Assembly (NCBI GenBank): GCA_046563655.1
Contig: CM102286.1
Span: 992,001 to 1,056,000, forward strand
DNA: 64,000 bases
Direction: 5' to 3'
From: Yuukianura sp. NJ FZ-2021
Taxonomy: Eukaryota
The notes below the pieces were generated by a model, which made no database searches, was not told the DNA's origin, and saw only the letters and a list, made by a program, of their open reading frames with translations. Within the stretch, counting starts at the first letter, position 1, and the number at the start of each line of letters is the position of its first letter. Shown here one piece after another: positions 50,527 through 64,000 of this stretch. The position numbers were made by a program, and so were the translations under genes.

Positions 50527-52390
50527 AGACTTCGGGTTTTTCCAGGGTTAGAGGTACAAAAAATAGAAGCCCGGGCGTCTTTTAGAAGCTTTACGGTAAC
50601 CTAACCAGCTCAATGCTGTTGTGCTGCTTGTGTAATACAAAGAACAACCTCAAGGCGGGAATGTTTGACTCTAGAAAGTTGCGGAGAGGCTTTCAAGACA
50701 ATTATTTTGTGCTATGCTGCTTTTCCTTCTTACTTAAGAGCTAAACCCAGCTCTCTCTGGACTTTTAGTACAAAAACTGTTTCCTCTCATAACCAGGTTT
50801 TGTTATTATTATTAAGTTACTTTGGGAGGAGGTTGGAAGAAAGCAGAGGGAGTAACTACTTTCTCTTTGGTTCACTTTATGGTTAGTATTTTGTGCTTTT
50901 GGGAGAGAAAGGAAAGTGAAAGCCGGAATTAGGGAATCCATTTGAGCGGAGAAACAAAGCGAATCTCGTGGGAGATCATCCATTTAACCTCATATTTCCT
51001 GTTTCCCGTCACCATCATAATTCAATCCAAGGCTAAACTTTAACAACTCAACTGAAAAAAAGATTTTTTTTTAGAAGTTGGGCAAATATTTGTGAAATTT
51101 TGTGAATTCCTGGATTCTCTAATTTGATTTTTGAGTAATACGCACAGCGAGTGGTGTAAATAATGAAAATATTTTCTTGGAATTACATAGTACAGCGGAA
51201 TTTGTTTTTGAAAATCAAGCGGAACAAATAAGCAGGGACGTTCAAAATGCTATGTACATTCTGTATTTGTCTGTGTGTTTATCATTTTGGCTTTTGTTAT
51301 GTTGATTTTTTTTCTTTAGAAAACTTCAATTTTGAAAAGAAGCGGAGAAAGTAGTATGTACATTGCATACTTGAAAAAATATTTATGACAATGGAAGCAG
51401 AAAGCCATGGATGTCGTATCCTTTAACATAAACCAACTTTATTCAAGTGAAAGCAAAAGTTGAGCAAAGTTTTGTACGATGCAAAAATTTCCATTTTCGA
51501 TTTTTCTATATAAAAGACTGAAGCTACAGGAAATGACTGATTTTTTTTACGATTTTTGACCTTTGACCTTGGAAAATTCGTCAGATTTTTTTTTAACAAC
51601 ATTGTCTTTTGTTAGGTTATGTTAACCTTTACGTCAGGCTTACGCGTAAAAGGAGCAAACCAATTAAGTTCATCATTGTCCAATAACAAATGAAAGTTGG
51701 TTGACATTTTCGAAACTCAAATGTCAACAAATATTGTTTCTGGATGTTCACAAATTTTGTCCAATTTAATTAACTTCCTGAATCGTACAATGGCAGCTAA
51801 AGTACAACATTGAGTATGTTGGTTTTCGGCCAAAACTGAGCAAAACAGAGACAAAACTTAATTAGTTTTAAGTGTAAACTTAGGTAACAACAACTTATTA
51901 AAAAACTCTTTTTTTAAACTTTTTTTTAGGTCAAACTTCCCAGGCTCGCAATTTCTTCAAAACTTTTTCCCTGTCTGGATTTTTACTTGAAAAACTTCCA
52001 AAAAATTTCAATCATTCCGAGGAACAAGGCGTCTATTTTTTTTTATAAAGCTCCAAAAAAAAGTTTTTGTGGATTTAATGGACAAAAAGTTTAATCAAGT
52101 GAAAAGGACAGACAAAAAACTTAAACTTGACCTGTATATCTTCCAGACAAAGAAAAAGCTTGACTGTCTTTGTGCCACGAGTGATTGACCTTCTTTTTCC
52201 CAAGGCGTCTCGACATTGTCCCATAAAAAGTGCGTAACTGCAGACTTTCACCGAAAAACTCTGGAAAAAGTCGCTTTTGAGCAATTTTAAAAAAAAGTCA
52301 CATGAGCTCACAAAGTACCCAGGTTTTCCAATTTCAAAAACACAGCCACAAATTCTCACAGTGACAAGTGACCTAGAAGCAAAATCCAAA

Positions 52391-55300
52391 ATGGGGTCAA
52401 TGACCTTTGACACAATTCCAACAACCACGGCGATTGAAGATGAAAAAACGATCATGCGCAAACTGAACTTTACTGAAGACATGTACGAGTTTATAAGAAA
52501 CGACGAAGTTGCTGAAATCGCGACGCCATGTATGGATTCCTTTTACGTCATTGGTCAACGCTACAAACTTGCGCATGGCTATATAGCTCTCGTCGTCTGT
52601 TTTTTCGGAACATTTGCGAACATATTCAACCTACTCATTCTAACACGAAAAGAAATGCGAACACCGATTAATCGAATGCTAACAGCACTAGCATTCGTGG
52701 ACATGCTGGTTATGATCGAGTACGTTCCGTTTGCTCTGCGCATGTACATTTTGAATTCACCCGGGAACGGATCTCACTTTACCCGGAACTGGTCGTGGTT
52801 CGTCCTATTCCATTCTCACTTTACTCAAATTCTGCACACAATTTCAATTCAACTAACACTGACCATGGCCATTTGGCGGTTTGTGGTAATCAAATTCCCA
52901 AGCAAATCTGGAGTTTACTGCACTTTTCAAAGATGCTACTTTGCCATTGGAGCAAGTTTTGTCGTTCCGATTTTCATTTGCATTCCAAACTACTTGACTT
53001 TTGCCATCTACCACCGACATCAATTTTACTTTGACGTTCCGTTTGGAGCCATTTTTAAAGGAGAAGCAGACAATGCGCAGACGCTGAAGTGGTTTTGCTA
53101 CCTTCTGGAAGATGATTCTGGAGCAATGGCCATGGATTGCATAGATGCCATTCGAGAAAGAGATGAGTTTTATGTTGACCTGAGTGACCTCGCCAAGGCC
53201 AACAACGGACTTCTCCATGGATTCCATTTCTGGACGTTCTCTGTCGTTGTCAAGCTGTTTCCATGCTTCATCCTCTCCTTTTTCATGAGCTACTTGGTGA
53301 AAGTAAGTCAAAAAAATTTATGACCAATTTGCTGTACCACGCCATTTCTCCGAATGAAATGCTCCGAAGCGAATTATTCCGAATAAATTGCTACGAAACC
53401 AGTTGCTCCGAAAGGGACATTGCTCCGACAGACATATTTTTTCGAAATGGGATTTGGTGTACATTAAGGGGCTTAGAGTTGTAGGATAGGTCGAAAATCG
53501 TAACGTTATAGGCTAACAATCATAATATTCCACTGGTTTGAGTTATAAGTCATTAGGTAAGGTCTTAGTTTATAAAACTATTTTTGGAGCAATTTGCCGT
53601 TCGGAGCAATTCTTTCGAAACAATGGCATGGAACCCACAGTTGCAGACCCCTTGACGAGATTAGTTAAAAACATTGTAAAATCTACCCACGCTAAAAGAT
53701 TTTGAGCCCGTGAGGCATCATTTGAGCAAGTATCAACAATTGAAGCTTCGAAGCGTGTCCAAAACAAAGCAAAAGTGAAATTGGGTTCCACGTGGATTGT
53801 CTCAAAATTTCGATTCATTCCCTCTCTTCTGTTTACTTTGAAAACAGGCCGAAAGTTTGGGAAAAGTTGAGTGAAAGCGGAGAAAGTGCCATTTCAGCTT
53901 AGGCTAATCCAAAACTCTTCTTTGCCCCACTGTCTGTTATTTTGACCTCGTTATCTCACCTCCCGCACTAACAACCCGCCCCCTTCTAACACCCCCCCCC
54001 TATACGAAAGTGGGTGAAGGTGGGGGGGGGGTTAGTGACGATGATGAGGTCAGAGGGGCCTCGCGTGAACAACTTAAGTGGAAGACAAAGACGCCGTCGG
54101 GAGGAATTAGAGGGGAACATGCCAGAAAATGACTTTCTCCCGCCTTTTCCTTCCAAAATCCCCGCGTAAAACATTAGCCCACTTTCTCAACTCGTACTTT
54201 TGAGTCACCCGGTAGTTACGAGGCAAAAAACATGCAATGCATTCGGAATTTGATCAGACGGGACCTAACAATACGTTGTTAAAAACGGAAGTTTTCTAAA
54301 AAAAAAAATAAGTACTAGGTTGAAAAAGTTCATTTCATTTTCAGTTGAGCTCTACAAGATTGAATTTTTGGCACACTTTTTACAAATCAAATTTTGGCAA
54401 ATTTTTTTTCTTGGCAAGAACAGAGTCTTGCATCAGTGAATTGGAAAGCAATCAAATAAATTCAAGGTTTAACGAATCCGTATTGTCCAGAAATTGGAAT
54501 ATGTCACACGCTACCTGGATACAAGGCTGATTTATGGCTCAGTTACCCTAGTAGCAATAAATCTTCAACCGAAATTGATTTGCCATGTCACAGATCACAG
54601 GTCACTGGGTCACTCCAATTACTTTTTCACAGAAACAGCTACTGTATTGATTTTTGAGAAAAAAACATGACATGGAACTTTAATTGACATTGCAAGGGAA
54701 AGTTTTCAGAACTTTAAAAACATTGGACTTTTGATGTTTCGCGAAATGATACAATCTTTGATGAAATTGTTAAAGAAAAACATGAAATGTGTTTCTGTAA
54801 AAACATAAAAAGTTGTAAAAACGGAAAAACTAAAAATAAAAAACAAGTTTTTCCTTTGAACATGTCCGTTAATTTGAACAAGAAAAGTTTGAACATACAG
54901 ATGGATGGTTCTCATCTAGTGGCTCATGAAAAATTACTATACTAATAACAAAAGTTTCAAAGTTTTTCAAATTGGATGTTAAAACTGGATCGTTGTGTGG
55001 TTTCAATTCAAAAATACTCATTTTTGTGGAAGAAAGGCAATTTTGTGCTTTTCTACAAAATCTCAAAACTTCCAAAAAATTGTAAAAGTTTACATTTTTA
55101 AGTTATTTTTGAACGAGATTTCTGGCAATCCAGTCTGGCATGCTGCAAAGCTAATTTTCATTTTTTCAAAAAAAAATTCCGTCGCATCTGCAACTCGCCA
55201 CTGAAATTCTCAGGGACGAGAAAACTTTTTTTTAAACGCAATTTGCTTTGTCTACTTGCACTTAACTTTTTCAAAGAAAAAGAACAGAACAAAAGTTTTT

Positions 55301-58300
55301 TCTGTCTAACATGTTGAAGTTTTTCCTAAAAAGAGAAACTTTTAAAGTTAATTTACACTAAAACGCTCACTTGCTCTTCCTTTCTAAGGTTTCTATTTTT
55401 CACGCAAGAGTTTCTACTTTAAAAATTGCAGCAATTTGCCACTTTTTCAAAATTTTGTGAGTTTTTTAACCTTCGTTGTCAAGGACAAAATCAAGTTCCG
55501 TTTCATCAAGGTTACCTTGGTTTCATTAAAATGTCACACCACATTTCCATTACCTTTGAAATGACCTCGTGGGTGGACAGATTTCACTTATTGGCACTTT
55601 CTCCCCGGATACAAAAATTTAGCCCCGGAAACCGGATTTTAACCTGAAAAAAAAACGCGCTAAAACCGCCACTGTTCAAAGTGCTTCTAAGAAAAACTAA
55701 TTTCAAAAATCCCTCCTCGCCCACACGCTCATCACTGAAGTATCTGTCTAGTCCCTCCGAAATAGAAATCTCATTAAACTTTTTGTTTCAAAATAAAAAT
55801 TTTTCAAAAAACTCAATTTCATCTACTAGTTTTACTCTCTAAAAACTAAAACTCAAACTCAAAAACTTCAAACTTTAATTGCACTTTGAGATGACGTGGA
55901 CCACTTTTCCTTGGTTTTTCTAAGAAATCTTACTTAAATCGAAACTTTGGAAACGCGTCATTTTCAAAATTGAGCCAATTTTGTTCCAAAATTAGAGAAA
56001 TGTTTTTTCAAAATTTGAAACACGTAGTAGTAGTACGACACTTAAAGTGAAACGACAAGTTAAGAAAGTGTTAAAGACGTAGTTGTGAAGGACATGTTAG
56101 CCAAGTCCATCACGTCCAGAACCAGATGGGGACATTGGAGTGAATTGAAATCTCTCGTCGAAACAATTCCGAGTGCCAAGGCTAAGTACATTGATTAACA
56201 ATTTGTAAAGAGCGGAGGCTACAGAATGACGTTAGAACAAAATGGACTTCCTGGAACGTTGACGTAGGCCAAGATGAGGATGGGCTCAGATGGACTTAAA
56301 AGCTAAATAGTATGAATGGACGTCATTGACGTTACTTCGTTGGAAAATAATTATAGTGGAACTCAAACCTAACATTACATCATAACCTACCCTGATATTA
56401 AACTAACCAACATATAATTTGAAACATTTCGCAACTGAAATAAACAAAAGTTAACACGTTTTTCGCACATAACACACAACCTCTACCTAACATAAACAAC
56501 TTTCATAATTATACAACATTTTGGTTCACATTGGAAAAAGAAGTTTTCAGAAATTTTCCAATTGGAAAATTTAAGGATTTGGTATAATTAGAAAATGTTC
56601 CGATTTTGATAAGTTTTCGTTTCAAAAGAAATGAAATCCAAAGTAGGTTTTTGAAAACTAGGTTTTCTGAAAAACCTAATTTCAGTCAAAAAGAAAAAAC
56701 TTTGTTGGGATCAAACTCTGGTTCACTCAAAAACTTTCTCCTTATTTTAGCACCTCCTAATCCGAACTGAGTAGAAAGTTTTTGAAAATGCTTAGACGAG
56801 GTTCTGACTTCATCAAAAAATCCTTAATTTCCAAATTAGTTCTGCACGCGTACTTTTTTCAAAGTAAATCAAAAGTAACTTATCCGAAATTTTTCTTCCG
56901 CTGCTCAAAATTGGGTTAAACTCAACAAAATCTTGACTTATTTGAATATTCTTCTTTGTTTTTTATACTTGGCGTACCGTATAACCTTTGTTAAAGTTGG
57001 ATTAAGTTAGGTTTGTTATGTTAGCTTTAGGTTAGGCTTTGAAGAGACCAGAAAAGGCATTAGTATTATTAGTATTCCTAAAGGTCACGGAACTACTCCT
57101 TTCATCTTGAGTCTTAATAAGAGTTTTTGCAATTGGGAAATCAAGCACGATGCCTTTGATGAGACTTGGACTCACTCGAGGCAAAGGAGAAATGTTTGAT
57201 TCGTCTTTTGTTCCTCGGAGGTCGCTAAAACAAATGAAAATGTTTGATCTGTCGCAGTACAGTACGACGCAGGCGCAGTTGAAAAAAAAAACTCGTCAGA
57301 ACTTGATTTTTCAAATTAAAGTTCGTTGAGGGACAAAGTTCGATTTTAATTTAATTTCGACTACGCAGTGTTAAGTTAAGGTACAAAACGCGTTGTTTCC
57401 TTAGTTAAAATTAAATAGCATATGAAATATTTAGTTAAACTCAAATAAAGTGGGATCCAGTTTCCTAAGGGCCCTCCATAAATGGTAGCCCCTTCCATGG
57501 AAAACGAGAGGCAGTAACCCCTTGTTGTCAGGGTGAGTGGATTTACAAGCTTCATCTCCCCAAACTGTTTTTGAGAGGGCGCGATCTCTTTTGGCGCTAA
57601 AATTTGATTCAACTTCTGGTTTCAAATGACATTCCTTTGATCCCGTTTCCATCATGTGTTTTAGAACTTTAACGATGAAGTTAACCTGACACTCAATTCC
57701 AAGCAGGGCTGAATTGTGCAGGAAAATCTAAAAAAAATACAATTTAGTCAAATGAGAACCAAATTAACGAAGGTCTATGATTCCGTCCGTCGTAGCAAGT
57801 CATTAGCACGAAAACCATAAGCGCGAATCAGCCAAGTTGGCAACAATGGAACTAGATGACTTTGGGTTTAAGTGATAGTACAACTCAATGTTGCCAAGTT
57901 GGCGATTCGCGGTTATTGTTTTCGTCAGAATGACCTAAAATAGATTCCGTAAAAAATTATTTCATTCGAACGTACGGATTGTGGAGCCAAAGTAAAGAAT
58001 AAATTTTTGGCACTCGTGGTACAAACACCGTAGTAGTTGCGAGGTTGATCAGTCATCCAAGCCTTTTGAACGTCAATTCCATCTTGTCCGAGTACCGTAA
58101 TTGGTCCAAAATATTCTTGAGATTTGAATCCAGTTGCCAAAATCAAAACCTAATTTCAAATAACAATAAGAATTAGTTAATTTTAATATTAATTTAATGA
58201 TTTAGATAATTTAGGTTTACATCCAGCTGGACTTTTGTTCCGTCACCGAGGATTAAACTGTCTTCTGTTACATGTGTAATGTCGTCTCTGTAAATGTGAA

Positions 58301-61101
58301 CTTTTTTTGAACAAAGCGCCTGAAAATATTTATTGGAAGTTCCGAAATTTCTGCACAGCATTGGGCTGTTTTTTGACGGTTTTGTCAGTGTCATAATTTC
58401 CTGGTTTCCTCTTGTTGATACTCGGGCGAAGATGCTCCTTATAGATTTCACTAAGGTGTAAAACATTTGTGTTTTTACTTTTGTAGGTCAAGGTCAAAGG
58501 TCAAGTGAATGCCTAGACTTACATATCGCAGCTCTGACTCCAGTAGCTTGTGAAATTCCAAAGGTCAAGGACGTGTCAAAAGTTGCAAGTCCAAGTTTTC
58601 TTTGCATTTTAGAAAATACTGGAACTCTTCTTGTAAAACCGCGAGTGCAACTGCTGTATTTGAAGTTTCCAAATTTCGGACCCACCCAAATCGGCGTCCT
58701 TTGAACATAGTGTAGTTTCCCAACATCTTTTACAATTGCCGGAATAACTTGAATTGCACTCAGTCCGGATCCGATTACGCCGACGCGTTGACCTTTGAGG
58801 TCAACCGAATCGTCCCACTGAGCTGTGTGCATCATTGGGCCTTGAAAAGCCTCAAACATCTTAGGAATGTTGGGGTTCCACAAATGACCAACGCTGATGA
58901 TTCTGCGAATATAAATTTCAGATTTTCAAAATCCAAAATTCTCATTTTTCCGAAAATTTTACTCACACAAAGTCAAAATCGATAGAGGTGGCTTGTTGCG
59001 TTTCCATGTCTGTGTATGTAACTTTCCAATTTTGAAGTTTTTCGTTCCAAATGGCAGAAGTGACCTGCGTCTTTGTTTTCAAGTGGCTGTACAAGTCATA
59101 CTTTCTTGCAGTACTGCGCATGTACTCAAGTATTTCATGCTGTTTGGCATAGGCATGTGACCATTCTGTTTGAGGACAAATTTCAAATCCAAAGTTCTAA
59201 ATATTTGAATTTTGCTGTTGTTCAATTTTCATAAAAGTAAAATTTTGAAATTTTACCTAAGTTTACTTCAAATGACCAACTGTACATTGCCGACGGGATG
59301 TCACAGGCTGCTCCGGGATAAGTATTTACTAACCAAGCTCCGCCCACATCGCAATTTTTTTCAAAAATTGTGAACGTTTCCAATCCCAACTTCCGTTTAA
59401 GTTGAATTGCAGTCGTGAGACCACCAAATCCAGCTCCAATTATACAAATAGTTGGTGTGCTTCCGTCACTAAAGGTTGCTGCAACCATTGCGCCTCCTCA
59501 GAAGCCAAAATTTTATGATTTTGTTTGAACTAAATTAAACCTTTTTAAAATTTCGCTTTTTCAAAATTTAACACTGTTCACTTTGCCTTCAGTCGTTCAA
59601 ATGGACAAAATTTGCAAGGTGGAGACCAGTTTAATAAGAATTCGAAAACAAAGGGAATTCCACTTCATTTTGTTCCACTGCAATTTTGAATGTTACGTGA
59701 CTGACGTCTATATTCTTCAAAATTATTTACATACGACGCAAGGCAGTTTTTATGGCGTCAGTTTTTGGGAAATTTCATAACAAAAGTTCCGATAAAAAAT
59801 GGAATAAGAAGTTTTTTATTCACAAAAGATTTCCAGGATTGAGAGTTCATAATTTGTGGTTGGGAGCAAAAAACTTGAACTTTAAAGTGGATCACCTTAG
59901 ATTTCAGTTTGTAAAAAAATGATAAGATACATGACACCGCTAATTAAAATCAGATTAATATTAGAAACTACGGCTACAACCAGCAAGGTTTGTTGATTTT
60001 GATTTTCTTTAACAGGTTGGGTAATACCTCATGTTTTTTTTTTTGATTTTGCCAAAAAGTGTCTTTTCATTTCAGGGTAACATAGCCATAAAGAGCGGAG
60101 TTTTTTAAATTTTGAATACGAATTGGTAGCATTTTTTCGGATTGGTAGTTAAGTTGGTACTATTTTTTTTTCCGTCAACAAGCTAGGGAGTACCCAACCT
60201 GTTAAAGAAAATTAACTTTTCGTTGTCGAGGAACCTTGACAACCAGTTTCACACACATAATGATTTATCTCAGACGGAAAATACAGAAAAAGTTCCAAAG
60301 CGTGTAGAAGTTCCCTTTTCTTTTCCTCCAGGAAAACACAGTTTCCAAAAAAATTTTAAACTTGAGAGTATTTCCAGTTTTTCAAACAAAATTTTATTTT
60401 GATTTCAGACGTTGTACAAAGCCAAGAAACGGCATCACAAACTCCTCCAAGGAACAAGTTCAATTCCACGTGGAGCTGGTACCAGCAAAACTATTTTTGT
60501 GGAAGGACCGAGTTCAGTCGTCGCAGAAGACGCATGCGCATGTGACGAAAAGAAATCCAACGGAAGTTTGGTTCATGCTGGAAGGTTGTCTCCTGCCCAA
60601 AGTCAAAAGTCAAGGTCACAAGGTCAATGTCACTCTCCGCCAACTCCATCGTCCCACAACTCACAGGAAGACAAAAGTCACTCCAAAGGGGGCCCAATTT
60701 TGGCAGAATTTCGAAAATTGTCTCATCTTGGCACGCAACCAGGCCCACCTCAGAGAAAAAGTTCGCGCCGAAGTGATCGGACGAGCAAAATGTTGCTGGC
60801 AGTTTTAGCTTTATTTTTAATTACGGAGTTCCCACAAGGAATTATGGCTTTCCTCTCGGGTTTGTACGGCCAAGAATTTTTTAGAAAATGTTATAACTCA
60901 TTCGCAGAGGTGTGGGATATCCTGGCTCTCATTAACTCTGCTATTAATTTCATCCTCTACTGCTTCATGAGCAAGCAATTTAGAACGCAGTTTAGGACAG
61001 TGTTTAAGGTCAACCAATTTCTCTCAGGTCAAAGGTCAAAGGCAGTCCATGTCTCTTGCTTTCAAAGGAAACGGACAGAAGAGATGACCGCAGTAGTGTA
61101 A
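52391..61101 (+). CDS. Class A peptide GPCR, myosuppressin-receptor/dmsr-like (exons 52391-53302 and 60409-61101)
   Basis: [39 protein letters not shown], then a phase-0 splice to [43 protein letters not shown]. Start codon uncertain. Confidence 0.9.
53334..53635. mobile_element. MITE with 15-bp subterminal repeats (ttgctccgaa)
   Basis: Ends gtaccacgccatt / aatggcatggaac. Direct units on the left, inverted units on the right. Confidence 0.6.
57431..59488 (-). CDS. Type I Baeyer-Villiger monooxygenase-like flavoprotein, 6 exons, nested in the GPCR intron
   Basis: [23 protein letters not shown], fingerprint [31 protein letters not shown]. Confidence 0.9.
57808..57925. repeat. Small inverted-repeat element in the last BVMO intron
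   Basis: cgaaaaccataagcgcgaatcagccaagttggcaaca pairs with tgttgccaagttggcgattcgcggttattgttttcg. Confidence 0.7.
59984..60238. mobile_element. hAT-like MITE (CAAGGT family)
   Basis: CAAGGTT...AACCTTG ends, perfect 8-bp TSD ACAACCAG. Confidence 0.88.
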
Positions 61102-62469
61102 TATTAAACTGTGGAAGCGTGAAAGGGCCAACCATGAAATATTTTTTGATAAGTAGCCCCTTGAATTATTAAATTTGAGTTTCAAACTTCAAAATTTGAA
61201 AAAGCCGCTTCAAACGAAACCACAACTTTGCATCCCCACACAACACTCAACCTGATGTCCTTGAAAAAGTAGCAGGGTATTTGTTTTAGCCTTCTCCAAC
61301 TAGGGTCCAACTTAAACCGCTAGTAATTAGCACTAACTATGAAGTTAATTACGAAAATGACATGGAAAAGGCGCGGTATGGATGGTTAGAAACGTTTTCA
61401 AAAAATAAAGACTTTCGAACAGAAGAGCTCTAAAAAAAAACCAAAGTTACATTCTTAAAAAAAAACTATATTCATAATTTATATAATATTTACAAAAATT
61501 AAAAAAAATATACAATGTGTTTGTAGTTGTGTAAACGTAGTCGTAAAACTAGTTAAAAAAAAGTTGTCTCTAGTTTTTTGATGAGGTTGGTTGCGTAAGC
61601 GGAAACTCCGAACTTCTTCAAAATTCCATTTTATTGAGAAATCCACCGAAAGAAGAAACATAATTCAATTTAAGTTAGTTACTGAGAAAACACAAATTTT
61701 TAATTACGGTGATTTAGAATCGTAGTTATATCTTTAGATTTCAGTTAAGACGTAATTGGTGTAAATTCCATAAGTTCAGAAAATTATGCACACCTCTTGA
61801 TTTTAAGTAATAAATAAAATTGCGCCAGTTTGTAAGTTGGAACTTCCTCAAATTATTACCTGGAACAATAATTTGGAAAAACAACTTTTAGAAAAAAAAA
61901 GGATAGAAGTCCTTGCACCAAAGGTATTACAAATTACATGCAATAGGGAAATCCAACTAAAGAGATTGTTCCGTCTCACGTCCACCAATTAGAATAACCT
62001 CTAGCAACGAGGTTTTAGAGTTCGACAGCATGATTTGTAGGTTGTTGTATACAAAATTTCCAAGAATTTAAATTTTTTTTATTAAAATCTTGCACCGCAA
62101 GGACATCGACTTGTAGAAACTGCGAACAAAAGGAACGTTGAAAATGGATGTCTCACACTATACTCAAAACATGCAATTTTATATTATAACGCTAAAACTG
62201 CGCATGAGCTGAGAATTAAGACTCAACAAAACTGTTTAGACTCGCAATTGCAACTCAACCTGTGACTATGAATGGCTCGATTTTTTAATTTTTGTTGTAA
62301 AAAAATCACAATTTGTTGTTCAGTTTCAACTTTAATGGTTTTAATTTTGTTGGAAAAAAAGTTGCTCAAGTGCAGCTATAAATTTCCAAAAAAAAAAAAT
62401 CCTTACGTATGTCTATGAAAATTCACGTGTTTGAATTTTGGTACAACTTTTGAAAACCTAAATTCAGCA

Positions 62470-62850
62470 AAACTCCAGTGGTTCTGGAGTTATAGACGCG
62501 AATATCATGACCGATGCCATTAATTCAACTTCTAAGGTGTATATCTCCAGAACCCCAGGTCAAAGGTCAAGGTAACTTATACAAAAGTTGTTCGTCTTGA
62601 TAAGATGAACAATTTTTGTAGGAGTCATTTTTTCGATTTCCGTCAAAATGTATATGACCTTGACCTTTGACCCTTAAGGGGTCTACTTCCGGTCAAAGCC
62701 GTCACTGTTTGTACACCCCCAGACCACGTCAAGGTCATCTGTGAAGACGGACTGAAAATCTGTCCAGCGGTTCCAGAGCTAGCTTGACCAGCAGACGGAC
62801 AGACAGACAGACTGGAGGAAAAACATAAAGTAGCTCCTACTTTCGCTACT
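62470..62850. mobile_element. Possible non-autonomous Helentron/DINE-like element
   Basis: cagacggacagacagacagac microsatellite after aaaatctgtccagcggttccagag, and tgaccttgacctttgacc motifs. Confidence 0.4.
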
Positions 62851-63440
62851 TAATAATCAAATATGCTATGCTATGGAGTCAACCCTATAAATGTTGTGTA
62901 TTGCAATCGTTTTCTCGGGAATATACAAGTATTAGATATTGACATTACAAAAATTTTGCCAAACAAACCTTTCGTTGCCTACAAAAAAGAAAAGAAACAG
63001 GTACCAACTAATTAAATTACTGAATGAGTTTAATTTCCTCCACTGAATTTAACAACAAAATTACTTGGCACTTCAATGTTTAATTTTCCAGAGGTCATCT
63101 GCAAAAGAATGTTTGTTCATCCGCTCAGAAAACATTTCGTCGGCTCGTATTCCTCGACAAGTAATTCTTTTTAAAATTCAACTCTGGCTTGTTTAGTAAT
63201 GTAAATGTTCTGTAAGTGTGAATGAAAACGAAAAAGTAGTTCGCCAGAGGCTGCTCAAAAGCATTTCTAGTGAAAGTTCAGCACGTTGAAATTCATCAGG
63301 CTTTTCCTGCGACTTCCCATTTCCAATGTTGGAAATCTTAAGAAGTAGCTGAATTCCCGCATAAGGTGACGTTGTAGGAATTCTATTTTGCTGGCTGTAG
63401 TGTGATATTGTCTTAATTAAATTGACAACATATAACATAT

Positions 63441-64000
63441 TTATTTAAAATCAAACAAAGTTGGATCCACTTTTCTGAGGGCTTTCCACATGTCGTAGCC
63501 ACTTCCGTGGAAAAGGAGAGGCTCCATTCCCTTGTTGTCGGAGAAAGTAGATGTACAAACTTCGTCTGTCCAAACTGTTTTTGAGAGACCACGCTCTCTT
63601 TCGGCGCTAAATTTTGATTCAGCTTCTGGTTTCAAATGAAATTCCTTTGAACCAGTTTCCATCATGTGCTTTAAAAGTTTAACGATGAAGTTAACTTGAG
63701 ACTCAAGAGGAAAGAGGGCTGAATTGTGCAGAACATGCTAAAAAGAAAAATTAAAATAAACAATTTAGCAAGAACCACCAGTGTGCCACCTTGCTGATTT
63801 CGCGCTTTATTCTTTTTGTCACAATGACATGTGACGGATTCCGTAAGAAATTATTTCAAATTAATTAATGAAATTTCAAATTATTTCAAATTAATGAAAC
63901 TTACGGATTGTGGTGCCAAAGTAAAAAATAAATTTTTGGCACTAGTGGTACAAACACCGTAGTAGTTTCGTGGATGGTCAGTTGTCCAAGCCTTCCAAAT
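63441..64000 (-). CDS. Second BVMO-like paralog, 3' end only (runs off the window)
   Basis: The last two exons closely match 57431-58060 ([30 protein letters not shown]). Confidence 0.88.

Noticed and set aside
46900..51000. Many short ORFs upstream of the GPCR
   Set aside because: No motifs or consistent exon chain. Probably UTR exons or intronic DNA.
53966..54037. C-rich/G-rich hairpin (cactaac..ccccc / ggggg..gttagtg)
   Set aside because: A real inverted repeat, but no boundaries or function can be supported.
4531..59488. Terpenoid biosynthetic gene cluster (TPS, UGTs, BVMO)
   Set aside because: The genes are more than 20 kb apart and separated by unrelated genes. There is no adjacent P450 or prenyltransferase.

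Overview
AT-rich, intron-rich eukaryotic (arthropod) DNA. The gene content suggests a springtail, but that is inference. In order: a secreted octapeptide-repeat protein; two TIGAR-like histidine phosphatases; two UGTs; three tandem gustatory-receptor-like genes (copy 2 has a new MITE-derived intron, copy 3 is split by an intact Harbinger transposon); an Ago3-type PIWI gene; alpha/epsilon-sarcoglycan; a microbial-type terpene synthase; another GR-like gene; a 1-kb foldback element; a domesticated hAT/BED gene; CED-6/GULP; and a myosuppressin-receptor-like GPCR with a Baeyer-Villiger monooxygenase gene nested antisense in its intron. A second BVMO is cut off by the window end. The main candidate for a novel system is a ~3.24 kb element (23637-26875) inserted in the D-arm/A-box of a tRNA-Leu(AAG) gene. 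It has short terminal inverted repeats and no target duplication, encodes an unrecognised spliced Cys-rich protein, and carries its own intact tRNA-Leu(AAG) recoded at the target site. Exon boundaries were inferred by eye.
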